Source: the human T2T-CHM13v2.0 reference genome, Homo sapiens. Taken from it: a stretch of DNA of 64,000 nucleotides. Below are positions 62,286 through 64,000 of the stretch, one piece after another (position 1 is the stretch's first letter; each line of letters starts with the position of its first letter). The DNA lies in assembly GCF_009914755.1 (NCBI RefSeq), contig NC_060932.1; one strand, given 5' to 3'. Under the pieces are notes generated by a model. It was not told where the DNA came from, did no database searches, and saw only the letters and a program-made list of their open reading frames with translations. The position numbers and the translations under genes were made by a program.

Positions 62286-63149
62286 TTTCAGCTGGTTTTT
62301 ATTCAGGTTGTTTGGAGGAGGTTGAGTATGGTGCAACCTCAGATGAAGACTCCAAATTCTCTTTCCCTCACCCTCTTTTCTGGGACCCACAGTCCACCCA
62401 CATACTATTGATCTTCTGAATGCCAAACCAGACTAATTATCGTCTTCCTTCTATTCCCAAGTCTGCCTTCCTTAGATATTCCTTGTCTGGAAAAATAATA
62501 CTATATACATGTTTTACTTTATTCATGGTAAATTACCTGCTGTCCTGAACTTACTCTTTCAACCACAACATTAATTGAAAATTTTTTGCATCTCCTATGT
62601 GCCAGCCACTGTCCTAGGAGCTGGGCTAATAAAAGCACTGCCCTCTAAGAGCTTACATTTCAGACAGGGAGACACGCAGGCATGCAGGTACTACTACACT
62701 GTAATAAATCACAACAGAGGCAGAAAACAAGATGCTCGGAGACTTAACAGGAAGGTAAGGTCTCCTTGTTTCGCCCATGTCTCTGACTCTCCCCAACCAC
62801 TATCTCTAGACTTCAAGAACTCCCATTCATTCTCTGTTATTCAGCACATATATATATCTCTTGGGCATAGTTCAAGGTCCCTGGCTTTATGTTGCTCCAG
62901 TGTGTTTATACAGCTACCATAACACTTACTGCTTGTAAGGCTAGGATCATGGTTTTTTGTGCCTCTGTAGTCAAATCAAAAGCATAGCTCCTAGCACATC
63001 ATAGGTGCCGAAAGAATCAAGAGGCCAATGTGACATGCCATTTTCCTTATGCAGGGCCCAAATCTCATGCCCCTGTATAGATATTTTGTAGGGTTTGGTG
63101 ACAGGAGTACTGGTGGTGGTTATATACTGTACGGTATCACTAGAGCATG

Positions 63150-63865
<716 letters not shown>

Positions 63866-63870
<5 letters not shown>

Positions 63871-64000
63871 ATATATACACATATGCGTATATATACACAC
63901 GTATGTATATATACGTATATACATATATACATACATATATATACATACATATGTGTGTATATATACGTATATATACATACACATGTGTGTATACATATAC
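63866..64000. repeat. Alternating purine-pyrimidine (TA/CA/TG) low-complexity repeat
   Basis: ATATATACACATATGCGTATATATAC... running to the window end. Confidence 0.9.

Overview
Primate (almost certainly human) genomic DNA containing the two-exon SOX17 gene (+ strand, CDS 27393-27699 joined to 28312-29249, 414 aa) in a CpG island, with a second CpG island 3-4 kb upstream. The most notable structure is a degenerate, unprocessed tandem copy of SOX17 about 9 kb downstream. Its promoter/5'UTR/exon-1 paralogue lies at ~36234-36740 and its exon-2 paralogue at ~39340-39900. The copy has kept its CpG islands but lost every exon-1 Met codon, the HMG box and the splice donor. It has an unusually well conserved N-terminal tract and candidate TATA, splice and polyA signals of its own. 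A processed TRMT112 pseudogene lies on the - strand at ~48660-49300. The rest is Alu/L1/L2/MIR/MaLR/DNA-transposon-rich intergenic DNA with small templated duplications, hairpins, a candidate CTCF site and a candidate endoderm enhancer. Repeat boundaries and subfamilies were called by eye and are approximate.
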